Assembly: GCF_009914755.1 (NCBI RefSeq)
Contig: NC_060940.1
Reading direction: 5' to 3' (one strand)
DNA: 64,000 bases
DNA from: the human T2T-CHM13v2.0 reference genome, Homo sapiens
This document shows, piece by piece, positions 62,388-64,000 of the stretch. The position numbers and the translations under genes were made by a program. The notes under the pieces were generated by a model. The model was not told the DNA's origin. It did not search any database and worked only from the letters and a program-made list of their open reading frames with translations. Every line of letters starts with the position of its first letter. Within the stretch, counting starts at the first letter, position 1.

Positions 62388-62879
62388 AGTATTTAGTTTA
62401 GTGATTGTCTTTCCAGGGTTATTTGGTTTGAACTAACAAATGCATTTTAACTATGGCCAAATTATTGACTCCCTGAGCCATAATTTACAATGTGATTTTC
62501 ATTTGATTGAACTTTACAAGGCTGCAGGATTTGGAATCCAAAATGTCAAAACCTACCATCTGCCTATGTGTTTTGAAGACAACAAGACAGTGAATGCTTT
62601 GGGTTGTGTTTCCTTATGACATGAGAACTGCTCACTCTCTTCTTATGCCTCTTCATTGTCTGAAGATGGAAACTGTGCTCTTGTAGAAGGTAGATGAATT
62701 TATGAGTCCAACGGGCTGAATCTAGATGCAAGGCTAAGCAAGATCTCTTTATTATCATTAAGATTAATAAATTATAACAATGGCTGCTAACATACATTGA
62801 GGACTAACTTTGGACTAGACAGTTTGCTAAATACTTCCTGTGGACTCAATTAACCATCGAAATAACTGTATGAGTTTGG

Positions 62880-63045
62880 AACTCTTATCACTTAAATTTT
62901 CTAAATATGACAGGCTAGTCACAGAGAAATCAATTAACTTGTCTGAGGTCACATAAATAGAAGTTACGGATTTGGATTTGAAATTAGGAACATCTAACGC
63001 CAGTGCCACGGCCAAGCATTTAATCTGTTACCATATTACTGCTAC
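62880..63045 (-). mobile_element. MIR
   Basis: cacagagaaatcaattaacttgtctgaggtcacataaatagaag..ggatttgaa. Confidence 0.6.
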
Positions 63046-63166
63046 TTTTCTACATAGTCCACATATTAGAATTCAGTCAAGAAATGGTTGAGATATTTGA
63101 AACCATTTGTCATAAGTGATGGGGCCTATGAAATTTTCAAGGTATCATATTTGAAGTATATTTGCT

Positions 63167-63180
63167 TGACTCATGAGTCA
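63167..63180. promoter_or_regulatory. Two abutting AP-1 consensus heptamers
   Basis: tgactca followed by tgagtca, a perfect 14-bp palindrome; motif only, no functional evidence. Confidence 0.35.
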
Positions 63181-63249
63181 TTTCAGTCACAGCATAGAAC
63201 AAAATGGGAAGGATGACACTGGGCAACACATCTCTTTCCTCATTCCTAC

Positions 63250-63372
63250 TCTTTCTAGTTATGTGAACTTACGCAATTCCCTTGACCTTCTTGGACTGCA
63301 GTTGGCCTCATCTTTATAAATGAAGAGACTAGACTAAACTATGTCTAATTCCTTTCCAAGTCTGACCTTCTG
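63250..63372 (+). mobile_element. MIR
   Basis: ctagttatgtgaacttacgcaattcccttgacc..cagttggcctcatctttataaaatga..ggactagact-like end. Confidence 0.55.
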
Positions 63373-64000
63373 TTTCTACAAAACCATATCCTTTATATTC
63401 ACACAGGGACAAAGACATAAAAATAATAGTAAAATAAATGTGTGTAAATACCCTTACAGATTTGCTAACCTTGCACTCCCTGAATAGCATCTTCATTGCA
63501 TTGCCTGAAATATCATCATGCATTTTTTCCCCTCAGCCCTTTTTGACACTTGCTAATTAGAAAAAAAAAATGCCATTCTAAGTGAAAGGGGCCTCTTCAT
63601 CTTCCACTTCACTGTATGACTCCTGGGCTCAAAGAAACATTTTTATGGGCATTTTTTAATATGCTACTGTTTTAACTTCTTGACCTTGTCTTGGGCACTT
63701 TATTTTCTGTCTTCAGCTCCAATATTCATTAGTAACACTGTGACAAAAAAGAATATGAATGGCATTAGGAAATTGAGCCCTACTCAAGCTAAGAAAACTA
63801 TGCTAATGCTCACACATTGAAACAGAGCAAAGACGTTTGATGTTTCTATACCAAGGGCTGGTTTCAAATGATTGTAAAAATGTGCTGAGACTTTTCATGT
63901 GAACAGTACGTTTAAAGACAAACTCATTTTTAAAAATAACAATAAATGTGGAGCTTACTTCTCCACCCCAAGCTAGAACTTCATTATGGGCCAAATATAT

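Overview
AT-rich, CpG-depleted primate (most likely human) intergenic or deep-intronic DNA. I find no protein-coding exon, RNA gene or CpG island that I can support. The recognisable ORF-track hits derive from L1, Alu or LTR sequence, and the rest look like chance ORFs. Much of the window is transposable-element sequence: L1s of several ages, about 12 Alu elements, MaLR/ERVL/ERV1 LTRs, DNA transposons and MIR/L2. Subfamily names come from consensus sequences recalled from memory, not from a RepeatMasker run. The main finding is a 1.73-kb HERV-H mini-provirus at 28969-30695 with two 400-bp LTR7-family LTRs and a CTTCA target-site duplication. Its post-PBS leader is inverted and fused directly to env TM, so gag, pro, pol and env SU are missing. 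Its 5' LTR alone carries 15 plus-strand C substitutions (12 C>T, 2 C>A, 1 C>G), all at the 3' C of CC. That is an APOBEC3G-like signature on the non-canonical strand. Both features could record one aberrant second-strand-transfer event during reverse transcription (inference). Secondary findings: an end-complete L1MA with an internal deletion patched by an inverted copy of itself, a piggyBac/Looper-like fossil, and a four-layer nested insertion.
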